Shown here in pieces: positions 49,500-63,019 of a DNA stretch of 64,000 bases. Each line of letters starts with the position of its first letter. Position 1 is the stretch's first letter. The notes beneath the pieces were generated by a model that saw nothing but the letters and a program-made list of their open reading frames with translations, searched no databases and was not told the origin of the DNA. The position numbers and the translations under genes were made by a program. The stretch comes from Squalus acanthias (Eukaryota): positions 188,108,001 through 188,172,000 of the forward strand of contig CM059427.1 of assembly GCA_030390025.1 (NCBI GenBank), in the 5' to 3' direction.

Positions 49500-50578
49500 A
49501 CTACATTTAAAGAATTCTGTTTGGAAATCTATAAACAGAAGGATCACTGTCTATTTACGGTCATTTGGGTCTTTAAAATGTCTGACCATAATGAAATTGT
49601 CATGAGCTTGTGCAACTGGTACTGACTCAGGCCAAGTGAATAACTCAAAGCAGTAGACGGTTATTTTAGTGTCAACATTTGTTTCTTACCCAAAATCTAA
49701 AACAAATGTTCTGGTCATAAATGTAATTACTATTTGTGGAACTTGCTGTGCGCAAATTGACTGCCGCATTTACTACATTAAAAATGTACTTTATTGATTG
49801 TAAAGATTTTTGCGATGACCTGAGGTTGTGAAAGGCACTATAACTACATGCTACAGGTATCATTGAGGCAGAGACAATTGCATCTTTAAGGGAAAATTGG
49901 TAAATCTTTGAAGTAGGGTAAGATTTAGGGCTATGAGAGAGAGTGGGGCAGTGGGATTAGTTTTGGATTGTTCTAGCAAAGTGCTGGCACAGACACAACA
50001 GGACAAATTCTTCTGTGACGTAATCTGCAATGTCTCTATAGAAAGGAGGGATGGCATTGAAGATTATATTGAGCAATTATCTTTGTATCCATCAGAAAGA
50101 ACCTTATCCTGGAGGTAGTCATTTACTTGTTAAGGTTCTGTCTGAGAATGTACACATGTATGTGTGTGCACATAGAGAGAAAAAACATGTATTTATATAC
50201 TGCGCTTGACATCGAGGCAGCATTTAACCATGTGTGGCACCAAGGAACCCCAGTAAAACTGAAGTCAATGGGGATCAGGGGGAATACTCTCCAGTGTTGG
50301 AGTCAAACCTGGCACAAAGGAAAAAGATTGTGGTCGTTGGAGGCCAATCATCCCAAGATGAGGCCATCACTGCCCATATTTTGGTAGCTCAGGATGGTAT
50401 TTTGTGCCCTAAAAATGGAGGCTGCGCGTTGGAATTTTTTGGACTTTCAGTCCCAGCCTCAAGATAGACTGCTGCCACCTCTAGGCTGCTGATTTGAATC
50501 ATATGCAATCTCAATACAAGGAATTTCTTTGCTTAATACAGAGTGCACCAACCTGAGGGAAGATTATCAAACAGCTCA

Positions 50579-50970
50579 CAACAACAACAACTTGTATTTA
50601 TATAGCGCCTTTAACGTAGTAAAATGTCCCAAGGCGCTGCACAGGAGTATTTTAAGACAAAAAATTTGACACCGAGCCACATAAGGATAAATTAGGGCAG
50701 GTGACCAAAAGCTTGGTCAAAGAGGTAGCTTTTAAGAAGTGTCTTAAAGGAGGAAAGAGAGGTAGTGAGGTGGCGAGGTTTAGGCAGGGAATTCCAGAGC
50801 TTAGGGCCTAGGCAACAGAAGGCACGGCCACCAAAGGTTGAGCGATTATAATCAGAAATGCTCAAGAGGGCAGAATTAGAGGAGCGCAGATATCTCGGGG
50901 GGTTGTGGGGCTGAAGGAGGTTACAGAGATAGGGAGAGGTGAGGCCATGGAGGGATTTGAAAACAAGGAT
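50579..50970 (-). mobile_element. L2-type LINE 3' end
   Basis: (aac)n tail followed by ttgtatttatatagcgcctttaacgtagtaaaatgtcccaaggcgct. Confidence 0.75.
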
Positions 50971-51464
50971 GAGTTGTCACACAACTGACAAGCAAAGTAT
51001 ATTGGTGCACAGGTGTTATGGAATTAAGTTGACTCTGATTTGGCTCAGTGTTAGTGATGAACAAACCAAGACTTTCCTTTTGGTAACTACTTCTTTTAAC
51101 CCTAATCTTGACCAGTCATTTATATTATTTTATATCAGGTTTTTAAAAAATGTTTAAATTTATTCATTTACAGGATGTGGGCATCGCTGGCAAGGCCAGC
51201 ATTTATTTCCCATCCCTAAGTGCCCTTGTGAAGGTGGTGTCCTGTAATATCCTTTCACTGAGATGCAAAACAGCCATGTAAAGGTTTTAAAAAAATGCAC
51301 AACAAAGATTTTTTTTAATAAATTATTCCCGAGGTATTGGCATCGCTGGTAATGCTGGCATTTTTTGCCCATCATCAATTGCCTTTGAGAAGGTGTTGGT
51401 GGGCCTTCTTCTTGAACCTCTGCAGTCCTTGTGGTGAAGGCAGTCCCACAATTCTTTTAGGTTG

Positions 51465-52103
51465 CATGTTGGCCGTTATTGCAAGGAGGTTGGAGTACAA
51501 GAGTAAGGAAGTCTTGCTACAATTGTACAGGGCTTTGGTGAGACCACACCTGGAGTACTGTGAACAGTTTTGTCTCCTTATCTAAGGAAGGATGTACTTG
51601 TCTTAGAGGCAGTGCAACAAAGGTTCACTGGATTGATTCCTGGGATGAGAGGGTTGTCCTATGAGGAGAGATTGAGTAGATTGGTCCTATACTCTTTGGA
51701 GTTCAGAAGAATGAGAGGTGATCTCATTGAAACATATAAGATTTTGAGGGGGTTTGACAGGTTAGATGCTGAGAGGTTGTTTCCCCTGGCTGGAGAGTCT
51801 AGAACTAGGGGACATAGTCTCAGGATAAGGGGTCGGCTTTATAAGACAGATGAGGAGCAATTTCTTCACTCAGAGTGTTGTGAATCTTTGGAATTCTCTA
51901 CCCCAAAGGGCTGTGTATGCTGAGTTGTTGATTATATGCAAGGTTGAGATAGATAGATTTTTGGACTCTAGGGGAATCAAGGGATATGGAGATTGGACTT
52001 TAAAATGCAGTTGAGGTCAAAGATCAGCCATGATCTTATTGAATGACGGAACAGACTCGAGTGGCCATATGGTCTATTCCTGCTCCTAATTCTTAAGTTC
52101 TTA
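51465..52103 (+). mobile_element. CR1 3' RT end and 3' UTR
   Basis: LYRALVRPHLEYC..RRMRGDLIETYKIL..TRGHSLRI. Confidence 0.9.
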
Positions 52104-52630
52104 AGTAGGTAGGAAGTTCCAGGATTTTGACGCAGCGACAATGAAGGAACAGCAATATATGTCCAGTTAGGATGGTGTGTGACTTGGAGGGGTACTTGGA
52201 GGTGATGGTGTTCCCATGCACCTGCTGTACTTGTCCTTCTAGGTGGTGGAGGTCGCAGGGTTTGGAGGTGCTGCCGAAAATGCCTGGCAAGTTGTGCAGT
52301 GCATCCTGGAGATAGGACACACTGCAGCCACGGTGCGCAAGTGGTGGAAGGCGGGAATGTTTATGGTATTGGATATGTTGCCAATCAAGTGGACCGCTTG
52401 TCCTGGATAGTGTCGGGCTTCTTGCAAGTGGAGAGTATTCCATCACATCCTGACTGGTGCCTTGCAGGTGGTGGAGAGGTTTTGGGGAGTCACTTGATAC
52501 AGCAAACCCAGCATCTGACCTGTGCTAGTAGCCACGGCATTTATATGGCAGGTACAGTTGAGTTTCTGGTCAATGGCGATCTCATGGAAGTTGCTGGTGG
52601 TGGATTTGCCGATAATAATGCCATTGAAAG
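52104..52630 (-). mobile_element. Decayed L2/CR1-group LINE fragment
   Basis: MMEYSPLA.. and HHLRTVAAVC motifs. Confidence 0.8.
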
Positions 52631-53182
52631 CATGTTATTATACAAATATTATCAATAAATGGAGCAGCAGTGAATAAGAAAATGCTAATTGCTGTTAATT
52701 CATATCCTCAGTTATATAAAATTCATAGGTTATCTGATCAGTTCTATTTAACTATGTGGAAGTGAAAATGACATTGTAGAAACCTTTGCAAGTGCACTTT
52801 TTGTCCATATATAATAGGTAATTACATTTCTCTTTTTTATTTCTACTTCAATGACTTTATTGTCAGTTGGAAAGTCTATGTGGCTGGTGGATAAGAGGTG
52901 GATTTTGCATGGTCCATCATTTATTCGGATGAGTAACTTTTATTACACTTCTCACAGGAAGAGGTGGAGAAGAAGTTTATGAAGAAATTTACTGAAGAAG
53001 TTTATTGTACATTTTACAGTTCCAAGTTAGAATGGGGAAATAATTTGGAAAGCTCTTTTATCTCATTTATTTTCTTCACAGTCTGAAGTGTTAAACATAT
53101 TTAGGAAATGTGCCTGGGTTTTACTTCTGGTGGTTTTCTGGTGCTATATATATATCTATATCTATTTGTATATTTCTTACAG

Positions 53183-53291
53183 GCAAAGAGACGGAATCTG
53201 TGAAATGAGGCTATGATTTTCTGCAACAAAATGCCAGCTGGTTTGATGTTCAGTTTCTTTGTGTTTCTACTTCCGTCTGTTTTCACACAAA
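53183..53291 (+). CDS. Signal-peptide exon of IgSF receptor copy C (ATG at 53231)
   Basis: AG acceptor; MPAGLMFSFFVFLLPSVFTQ; phase-1 donor A/GTAAGT splices in frame to 59623. Confidence 0.85.
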
Positions 53292-53894
53292 GTAAGTGCC
53301 TTACTTCCACCAATCACATTCATATTGTTTTACTTTATCAGAGTGTTGACTGAATTCACACACCTCAGCAAGCAAGGAAGGTCTTTATTTTCCTGTCCCT
53401 GCTCTTTTAACAGGGGTAGAGGTTCTGCTTTGGGCACAATCGGCGATTCCGGCGCAAATTTTTTCTCTAGTTTCCGTTCAAACTCATTTGCATATCGGCG
53501 AAAGCAAAATCTGCCCTGAAGCAGCGCAATTGGCCAACGTTTTAAAACGTCATTTTTTTTTAAGTTGCTTTAAAAAGTATTCCTTGATATATTTAAGAGT
53601 GGTAACTTGGTGCAGTTTGCTTAATACAGCTGGAAATGGGTTTAACAAAAAATAAGCATTTTAAATCAGTGTCAATCCACCACCTGTGAGTAATCCAATC
53701 AGGGAAATTGTGCCGAGAAAACCAGCGTGATTGAGCGGAAACGCCAGGCCGCTGTGTAAGTTCACTTTTCAGAGTCCAACAGTGGAACAACTTAATAAAA
53801 TGAAAAATATTAGCAGATTTCTCATTGCTCTTCAATTCCTTTTCCCGATCTATCTATTAATCTCTCTATCTGTCGATACATCTACTCTTGCATG

Positions 53895-56800
53895 TTTTTT
53901 TGTACTTGTCTTTTATGGGAAGTGGGCATTGCTGGCAAGGCTAGCATATACTGCCCATCACTAATTGCCCTTGAGAAGGTTGCAGTGAGCTTCCTTCTTG
54001 AACTGCTGCAGTCCGTGTGGTGAAGGTACTCCCACAGTGCTGTTAGGTAGGGAGTTCCAGGATTTTGACCCAGTGACGATGAAGGATCGGCGATATACTA
54101 CTAAGTCAGGATGGTGTGTGACTTGGAGGGGAACTTGGAGGTGGTGGTGTTCCCATGCATCTGCTGCCCTTGTCCTTCTAGGTGGAAGAGGTCGTGGGTT
54201 TGGGAGGTGCTGCCGAAGAAGCCTTGGCGAGTTGCTGCAGTGCATCATGTAGATGGTACACACTGCAGCTACAGTATGCTGGTGGTGGAGGGAGTGAATG
54301 TTTAATGTGGTAGATGGGATGCCAATCAAGCGGGCTGCTTTGTCCTGGATGGTGTCGAGCTTCTTGAGTGCTGTTGGAGCTGCACTCATCCAGGCAAGTG
54401 GAGACTATTCCATCACACTCCTTACTTGTGCCTTGTAGATGGTAGAAAGGCTTTGGGGAGAGAGGAGGTGAGACACTTGCCACAGAATACCTAGCCTCTG
54501 ACCTGCTCTTGTTGCCACAATATTTATGTGGCTGGTCCAGTTAAGCTTCTGGTCAATGGTGACCCCTAGGATGTTGATGGTGGGGCATTCGGCAATGGTA
54601 ATGCCATTGAATGTCGAGGGGCGGTGGTTAGACTCTCGCTTGTTGGAGATAGTCATTGCCTGGCACTTGTGTGGCGTGAATGTTATCTGCCACTTATCAG
54701 CCCAAGCCTGAACGTTGTCCAGGTCTTGTTGCATGCGGGCATGGACTGCTTCATTAACTGAGGAGTTGTGAATGGCACTGAACACTGTGCAGTCATCAGC
54801 GAACATCCCCATTTCTGACCTTATGTTGGAGGGAAGGTCATTGATGAAGCAGCTGAAGATGGTTGGGCCTAGGACACTGCACTGAGGAACTCCTGCAGTG
54901 ATGTCCTGGGGCTGTGATGATTAACCTTCAATCACCACAACCATCTTCCTTTGTGCTAGGTATGACTCCAGCCAGTGGAGAGTTTTCCCCCCGATTCCCA
55001 TTGACTTCAGTTTTACTAGGGCTCCTTGATGCCACACTCGGTCAAATGCTGCCTTGATGTCAAGGGCAGTCACTCTCTCTTCTCCTCTGGAATTCAGCTC
55101 CTTTGTCCATGTTTGGACCAAGGCTGTAATGAGGTCCGGAGCCGAGTGGTCTTGGTGGAACCCAAACTGATCATCGGTGTACAGGTTATTGATGAGTAAG
55201 TGCCGCTTGATAACACATTCGATGACACCTTCCATCACTTTGCTGATGATTGAGAGTAGACTGATGGGGCGGTAATTGGCCGGATTGGATTTGTCCTGCT
55301 TTTTGTGGACAGGACATACCTGGGCAGTTTTCCACATTGTCGGATAGATGCCAGTGTTGTAGCTGTACTGGAACAGCTTGGCTAGAGGTGGGGCTAGTTC
55401 TGGAGCACAAGTCTTCAGCACGATAGCCGATTTGTCGTCAGGGCCCATTGCCGCTATTGTATCCAGTGCGCTCGGCCGTTTCTTGATATCACGTGGAGTG
55501 AATCGAATTGGCTGAAGACTGGTTTCTGTGATGGTGGGGACCTCAGGAGGAGGCCAATATGGATCATCCACTCGGCACTTCTGGCTGAAGATGGTTGCAA
55601 CACTTCAGCCTTGTCTTTTGCACTCACATGCTGGGCTCCGCCATCATTGAGGATGGGGATATTCATGGAGCCTCCACCTCCCATTAGTTGTTTAATGGCC
55701 CACCACCATTCACGACTGGATGTGGCAGGACTGCACATCCTGACCTAGTCATACTCATAGAATCATACTTTCAGCCAATGTCCCAAACTACACCATCATC
55801 ATCCCTGGGTATTTCCTGTCCCACCGGAAGGACAGACCCACCAGGGGTGGCGGCACAGTGGTATACAGTCGGGAAGGAGTGGCCCTGGATGTCCTCAACA
55901 TTGAATCCGGACCCCATGAAGTCTCATGGCTTCAGGTCAAGCATGGGTAAGGAAACCTCCTGCTGAATACCACCTACCGCCCTCCCTCAGCTGATGACTC
56001 AGTACTCCGCCATGTGATCCGTTGATTGTGGGATTGCTTAGCTCTGTCTATAGAATGCTGCTTCTGCTTTTTAGCATGCATGTAGTCCTGTGTTGCAGCT
56101 TCCCCAGGTTGGCACCTCATTTTTAGGTACGACTGGTGCTGCTCCTGGCAAGCTTTTCTACACTCCTTATTATTCCCCTGGCTTGATGGTAATGGTAGAG
56201 TGAGGGATATGCAAGGCCATGAGGTTACAGATTGTGGTGGAATACAATCCAATTCTGCTGCTGCTGATGGCTCACAGCGCCTCATCGATGCCCAGTTTTG
56301 ATCTCCTAGATCTGTTCTGAATCTTTTCCATTTAGCATGGTGCTCATGCCACACAACACGATGGAGGGTGTCCTCAGTGTGAAGACGGGACTTTGTCTCC
56401 CCAATGACTGTGCGATGGTTACTGTTACCAATACTGTCATGGACAGATGCATCTGTGACAGGTAGTTTGGTGAGGAAGAGCTCAAGTAGGTTTTTCCCTC
56501 GTGTTGGTTCTCTCACCACCTGTCACTCTTGGTGATGGACATTGAAGTCCCCCACCCAGAGTACATTCTGTGCCCTTGCTACTCTCAGTGTTTCTTCCAA
56601 GTGGTGTTCAACATGGCGGAGTACTGATTCATCAGCTGAGGGAGGGCGGTAGTTGGTATTCAGCAGGAGGTTTCCTTACCCATGCTTGACCTGAATCCAT
56701 GAGACTTCATGGGGTCCGGATTCAATGTGGAGGACTCCCAGGGCCACTCCTTCCCGACTGTATACCACTGTGCCACCACCTCTGGTGGGTCTGTCCTACC

Positions 56801-57050
56801 CGTGGGACAGGACATACCCAGGGGTGGTGATGGTGTAGTTTGGGACATTGGCTGAAAGTATGATTCTGTGAGTATGACTATGTCAGGCTGTTGCTTGACT
56901 AGTCTGTGGGACAGCTCTCCCAATTTTGGCACAAGTCCCCAGATGTTGGTGAGGAGGACTTTGCAGAGTTGAGTGGGCTGGGTGTGCCATTGCTGTGTCC
57001 ATTGCCGGTGCTGAGGTCAATGCCGGGTGGTCCGTCCAGTTTCATTTTTA
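53895..57050 (-). mobile_element. L2/CR1-group LINE ORF2 remnant (endonuclease plus RT) with an internal inverted segment
   Basis: QQPDIVILTES; NPANYRPISLLSIISKVME..QFGF..LDIKAAFDRVWH; MFADDC; LDTIQDKAARLIG. Confidence 0.92.
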
Positions 57051-57064
57051 TTATTTTGTTTCGG

Positions 57065-57388
57065 AGCGGTTTGTTACAACTGAGTGGTTTGCTAGTCCAT
57101 TTCAGAGAGAAATTAAGAGTCAACCACTTTACTGTGGGTCTGGAGTCACATATAGGCCAGACCAGGTAAGGACGGCAGATTTTCTTCCCTAAAGGACATT
57201 AGTGAACCAGAAGACTTTTTACGACAATCCGGTAGTTTCATGGTCACCATTACTGATACTAGCTTTTTATTCCAGATTTATTTAATGAACTGAAATTAAA
57301 TTCCCCAGCTGCTGTCGTGGAATTTGAACTCACGTCTACTTGGATCATTAGTCCAGGCCGACTGGATTACCACTATGCTACCGTTCCC
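57065..57388 (-). mobile_element. tRNA-derived SINE
   Basis: Minus strand ggtagcatagtggtaa (A box) ... gagttcaaattcc (B box), followed by a SINE body. Confidence 0.65.
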
Positions 57389-59622
57389 TACAATAGCAAA
57401 CTTACATCAGAGCATTTTCTCTATTCTATGTTGTGTTATATTTGATCAATCAACAGTTTAACAGATTGCATGTGGTATAGAATGGGTCAAAAGTAATAAC
57501 AATATTGAAATGTTAATAAATGTTAAAATTCAGAATTATTGAGAATAATTTTTTGTGTTCGAGGCTGTGCGACATATAAAAGTTACAGTTGGGTAAAACA
57601 TCATTTGAAAAGGTTTGAAGGTTTGTCGCTGATCCTCACTTCGGGTCACATCTTGGTTTAGTGTCCAAAGGTGTTTAAACATCACTGTGAATACAGTGTG
57701 CACAGAGCCATTGTTTTTTTGGTAATTGTGATGTGAGCTGGTATTTAATCAAGACTTACAGACACATGGGATTTACTGCTTTAGATCACTTCCCTTGTGA
57801 AAATGTAAATAAAATAATAGTTACAAATAAGGATTAGTTTACTGTTACTCTTGAAATGAAGGAAGATAATGATTCAAAGGTGGAAATGTAGTCTAGGGAA
57901 ATATAGCGATGAACTATTGACTGAATGATGTGACCACTGTCACCAGAGGTCACCTGGAAGTATTCAAATGCATTAACGTTAAATGTCACCGTCACAGCCA
58001 CAGTTGTCACCTTTCACAGATAAGGCAAAGCACCTGGTGGAAAGAGACTGCAAGTCAGGTTCCAAGAGCTGGTTTATCTCTGTCACGGTGTCTAATCAGA
58101 CAAGGCGAGAGGATGCAGGAACTGGCTGATCGCTGCCCACCTCAGGAAACCCCATCACAGGACAAACGGGATGGAGACCCGACGTAACCGTATCCTGCAC
58201 CAATTTCACTCCCCGAGCTCCACCTTGATAATTCTCCCTGCAGACCAGGAGTCGGGAGGAGATTTCCTTTATTTTCAGTAACAAGAAATGTAGCCATGAC
58301 CTCTCTTTTTATTTTGATTACTTTTTGTAATAATAATGTATGTTACATAGAATTACAAAGTATTTTACAGCACAGAAACATCTCTCTCATGTACCTATCT
58401 ATGTTCAGAAAGCTCTGGTAATAGATACACAGAATATCTACTGGAAGTGTTCTGTTTTTCCCTGTAACAGTGCCTGCAGTGAAGGTGACATGATACAGCG
58501 CTTTCTCCTCATGTATTAGTGCTTCATTGTAACCATCTCTGGACTGAACTCCTCAATGAAGGAGCTTTGCCATCTTCTTGGGATTGTAATGGGAGAGGAT
58601 TTCACTCTCCCTTCTTGCCCAATTTTGGATAGATTGTTGTCGGCAGGGGCAGAAAGTGGGGATGGGGATCCGGCGGGCTGCTCCCTGCAGATTGTCGTCA
58701 CTTTACTGAATATATGGACCCAAATATGGAGAGATTTATTCAAATTGCGTGGAGAGGCCAAGTGTTATCAGATGTTACATTCACCGTCATTACTGCCATA
58801 ACAATGCTGGAACACAAGGGACAGCAGCATGTTCCCGGCATCTAGCGTTGCGTTGGCTTGCGGGAGGGGATTTCAATTTCAAACATCTATCTGAAGCAAA
58901 GCAATTGATCATGATCAAAGCAATTTGATCCCTCCCTCTCCCAGGTGGGTCCCTCGGATCAAAGCACGAGTCCTACTGGGAGCCCACAATAATTATCAAA
59001 ATTATGCTGATCTCAGGAAATTCCCCAGGGATCAGCGTTTGGGAAGACAGGCGGGCCTACGGGCAGATTATGGCCAAGTGGAAAATCCTGCCTCCCTTTG
59101 TTGTTGGTGCTCCTGTGGGTAGCCTGGTCACTAGTGGTCCAGGAGAACCAACAACGTACTGGGCATTGCACAAGAGGAGGGGAGATCACTTGTAGAGATC
59201 ACTGACCTGATTTATGAGCCTGAAGTGATATGACTGCACCAGTACTGTATTCAGTTTTAGGAGAATACTGATTATTGTGACGGTATTTCAGATTTCTTAA
59301 CAATATGGGAGTAACGATTCCCCTTCCACACTCCCAGTAAATGCTGGAAATACGGATTGTGAAATTGGACACTGCAGGCCCACGAGGTCAGAGTGCAGTG
59401 GCAGAAATTCACCCTCTAATGTCCTAAAGTATCACTGGATTAGGCCAGATTATTCCAGACAGTCAGCTCTTCACCGGGGTGTGTATGTGTCATTGCTGAA
59501 TCCATTGTATATAAAAAATATGACTGTAAATAAATGAAGTCCAATATTAATCATTACAAACATGGGATTAAGTAGTTGTGATTTAAATATTTAAATATTT
59601 ACATTGTTCCTCTTTCTAACAG

Positions 59623-59964
59623 GAAAACCAAATCATATTTATTTTTTGGATAAGCGAGATGACTTTCAATTAAACGGACCGGACAATCCTGGGAATGGCC
59701 CTGTTGTCTGGGAATGGAAACCACACTCAGGGCAAGAAATCCAGCGGCTGGTTACTTTTCCCAAAGGGAGTTCGAGCTGGTGGGACGCACAATGGAACTA
59801 TCACTTTAGAAATGACGACTTGTACCAGATGATAGAACAGGATCCTGGTACCATTAACCTGAGAATTAGAAAACCCACATTTAATTTTGCGGGATCGTTC
59901 ATCTTGACTCAAACACAGCCGAGTAATAAAATCCTGAAACAGTATGAAATATTTGGGATCAAAG
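59623..59964 (+). CDS. First Ig (V-like, cysteine-less) domain exon of IgSF receptor copy C
   Basis: tctttctaacAG ... AAAG/GTGAGT, phase 1-1, 342 bp open. KPNHIYF..FQLNGP..VVWEWKP..LVTF..INLRIRKPTFNFAGSFILT..YEIFGIK. Confidence 0.88.
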
Positions 59965-60484
59965 GTGAGTGGGACAAAGTCTAGCAAAGGAACAATAAAA
60001 TGATTCTCCGTAAATAATTTCATGTGTAATGATGAGAGATTGCCAGGATCACGTGAGATTTATATCACCCAGTGCAGAGAGCATCTCTCATTAAAACAAC
60101 CAGGGGAAAGATTTTGTTCATTGTTTCTCCTGAAATGGTCAACATGAGTAAAAACATTTCGACAATTTCACCAGAAATAGCAAACCGAGTAATCTACCCC
60201 ACAGAGAGTATTATGGTCTGTACACTGGCACACTCTCTGTCAGATGTACTGAATTTTGTTACCAAACCAATAGATCCCTTGTAGTAATGGGCCTCAGCGC
60301 GATGGGACAGGAATAAGATTGGCCAGAGTCAGTGCTCCTGATTGCTGTCCAGTGAACCTGTTAGATGTGTCACTTGGTTGAGGTCCCAGAGGATGTCAAG
60401 TGTCCCTGGAACTCGTACTATGACAAGGAGTTAACACCTTCAGGAAAGCAAGAAGAACATGGCAGAGAAAAAGAGATACATTGA

Positions 60485-61346
60485 GGGTAATTTTAACCCC
60501 AAAAAATGGTTGGCTTGGGGTCGGGTGGGAGGTTACAGAGTTAAAAAGCTGAATCCTGGCCCCAACTCGCCTCCAACCCGCCCACTTCTGGTTTTAACGG
60601 AGGTGGGACGGGGGTGGGCGGGGGCAGCTAACCTGCTCGCAGGAGGTGAGTTCGCACTTTTAATATTCTAATGGTGTTGGGTGCCTCATAGTGATCCACC
60701 ATTTTAAATTTAACTGTGGGCTCGTGGAACCTGCCAGCGAAAGGGTGACGAGGACTGCTGGATCCAGGGTTTCTGCCTCGCCACCCGCCCGCGATCGGAC
60801 CCCTCCCCCCGACCCTACCGATCTCCAACCCAACCTCACCCTGGGGCCTCCGACAACCCCCCCCCACGAGACCACTGATCTCTGATCGTGCCTCCTACCT
60901 TCTGACCTCCCCTTCGGCCTTCCGACCTCCCCCCTCCAGCCTTCCGATCTCTCTCTGATCTCCAATTCCCCCTACGGCCTTCCGACCTCCCCCCTCCAGC
61001 CTTCCGATCTCTCTCTGATCTCCAATTCCCTCTCCGGCCTTCCGACCTCCCCCCTCCAGCCTTCCGATCTCTCTCTGATCTCCAATTCCCTCTCCGGCCT
61101 TCCGAACTCCCCCCTGCAGCTTTCCAACTGTCCTCTGATCTCCGATACTCCCTCTGGCCTTCCAACCTCCCAACTCTGGCCTTCCGACCTCCCCACTCCG
61201 GCGTTCCGACAACCCCACCATTCCCTCCCTCCTCTCTGTGGTCTGGTGCATCAGGCCTTTACATTCGAGCCTTTCCTTCTGGCTGGCTGCGGGCGGGAAA
61301 CAGAGATTTTAAATGTTGATCAGGCCCTGTCGCTAAATTCAGTCCC
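60485..61346. mobile_element. MITE family 3 with internal 60-bp tandem repeat (~4 copies, ~60916-61155)
   Basis: Left terminus gggtaattttaac; unit ggccttccgacctccccctccagccttccgatctctctctgatctccaattccc.. Confidence 0.7.
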
Positions 61347-61359
61347 GCCACTCCCTATC

Positions 61360-61925
61360 TGCCTCCCAAGTCTTTCCACCATCTACAAGGCACAAGTAAG
61401 GAGTGTGATGGAATACTCTCCACTTGCCTGGATGAGTGCAGCTCCAACAACACTCAAGAAGCTCGACACCATCCAGGACAAAGCAGCCCATTTGATTGAC
61501 ACCCCATCCACCACCTTAAACATTCACTCCCTGCACCACCAGCGTACCGTGGCTGCAGTGTGTACCATCTACAAGATGCACTGCAGCAACTCGCCAAGGC
61601 TTCTTCGGCAGCACCTCCCAAACCCGCGACCTCTTCCACCTAGAAGGACAAGGGCAGCAGGCGCATGGGAACACCACCACCTCCAAGTTCCCCTCCAAGT
61701 CACACACCATCCTGACTTAGAAGTATATCGCCGATCCTTCATCGTCGCTGGGTCAAAATCCTGGAACTCCCTCTCTAACAGCACTGTGGGAGTACCTTCA
61801 CCACTCAGACTACAGCGGTTCAAGGAGACGGCTCACCACCACCTTCTCAAGGGCAAATAGGGATGGACAATAAATGCTGGACTTGCCAGCAACGCCCAGA
61901 TCCCATAAGTAAATAAAAAAAAATT
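61360..61925 (+). mobile_element. L2/CR1-group LINE 3' fragment with A tail
   Basis: STIYKAQVRSVMEYSPLAW..SKSWNSL..HHHLLKG; aataaa and poly(A). Confidence 0.9.
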
Positions 61926-63019
61926 AAAATTCCGGCCATTGTATCTACTCAAAAATATTTGAAAACATTTAGTATAAATAAATCAAAATCTTTAGTACCT
62001 GCCAACCAAGGATGCTGCTCAACAGCTGCACTTTCTGGTTGGTTAATGTGTGTAACATCTGAATGAGGCTGAGGTCACTGTCTTATGTACTTGGTACAAA
62101 ATATAATCCAATCCTGAAATGTCGAAGTGGCCAAAATATGATCGTGACTTTACTGGGCCTGGACCATTGCTCCTGAGGTGTTGGCCCAAACTACACCAGA
62201 ATGAGGTGACCATAACAGAAAGTCAACTCATTTACATTTGTTAGTGACACTCATGGTACATAGTGCCTGGTACACGGGGAATGTCACACGGGTCGGGCAC
62301 CAGAGTGTTGGGCGCCAGCAGCTAATGGATGCCACCATTATTTTGGCCTGACATTGGAATTAAAGTCCCTGTTGAAGATTTGATTCTTACTTGTCATGTT
62401 GTAGGTGGGACTGAAAGTCAGGGGGGGCATTTTTAGAACAAGCCTCTCCTGAAGTGCCATTCCTCATGGACGATCAATGATTGGAGCCCTGCTCAGGAGC
62501 ATTTTGGGAGCCCACTCATTTAAATAACGTAATGACTTTTGATGTGGATTTTGTGCACAGGCTCCCAGTGCGTGTGTTGGGTGGTCTTACTGAAGTGTGC
62601 GAGGCACATTGAGAACAGAGTGGGACTGGAGCCTTCTCCATGTCTGATAATATGGGCACTACATTTCCATCACACCCTCCTCTGGTGAGATTCCATCACC
62701 TGTCCATTGTGGTGTCGGCTTCCCCAAATGTCATTCAAACCATGTAACCTTAACCTGACCCCGGATACTCCAGCAGGGTCAGGGGTAAAGGTCATCGGCC
62801 GCACTCTGGCTCACTTACGCTGGCAGAGCTGGACTGAGAATTTTCAGGCTCGCTGTGTTATTCTACTGATAAAATGCACTTGTGTGTAATCTGGCCTGAC
62901 TCTTTAATGCAGCAGGTACAAGTGCTGATGATGGGCACATCCTACGGTCAGTTAGAACCTAATCATTGGATTGTACATGTCACTACTTACACTAAATCTT
63001 ATTGATCTGTTTTTCACAG

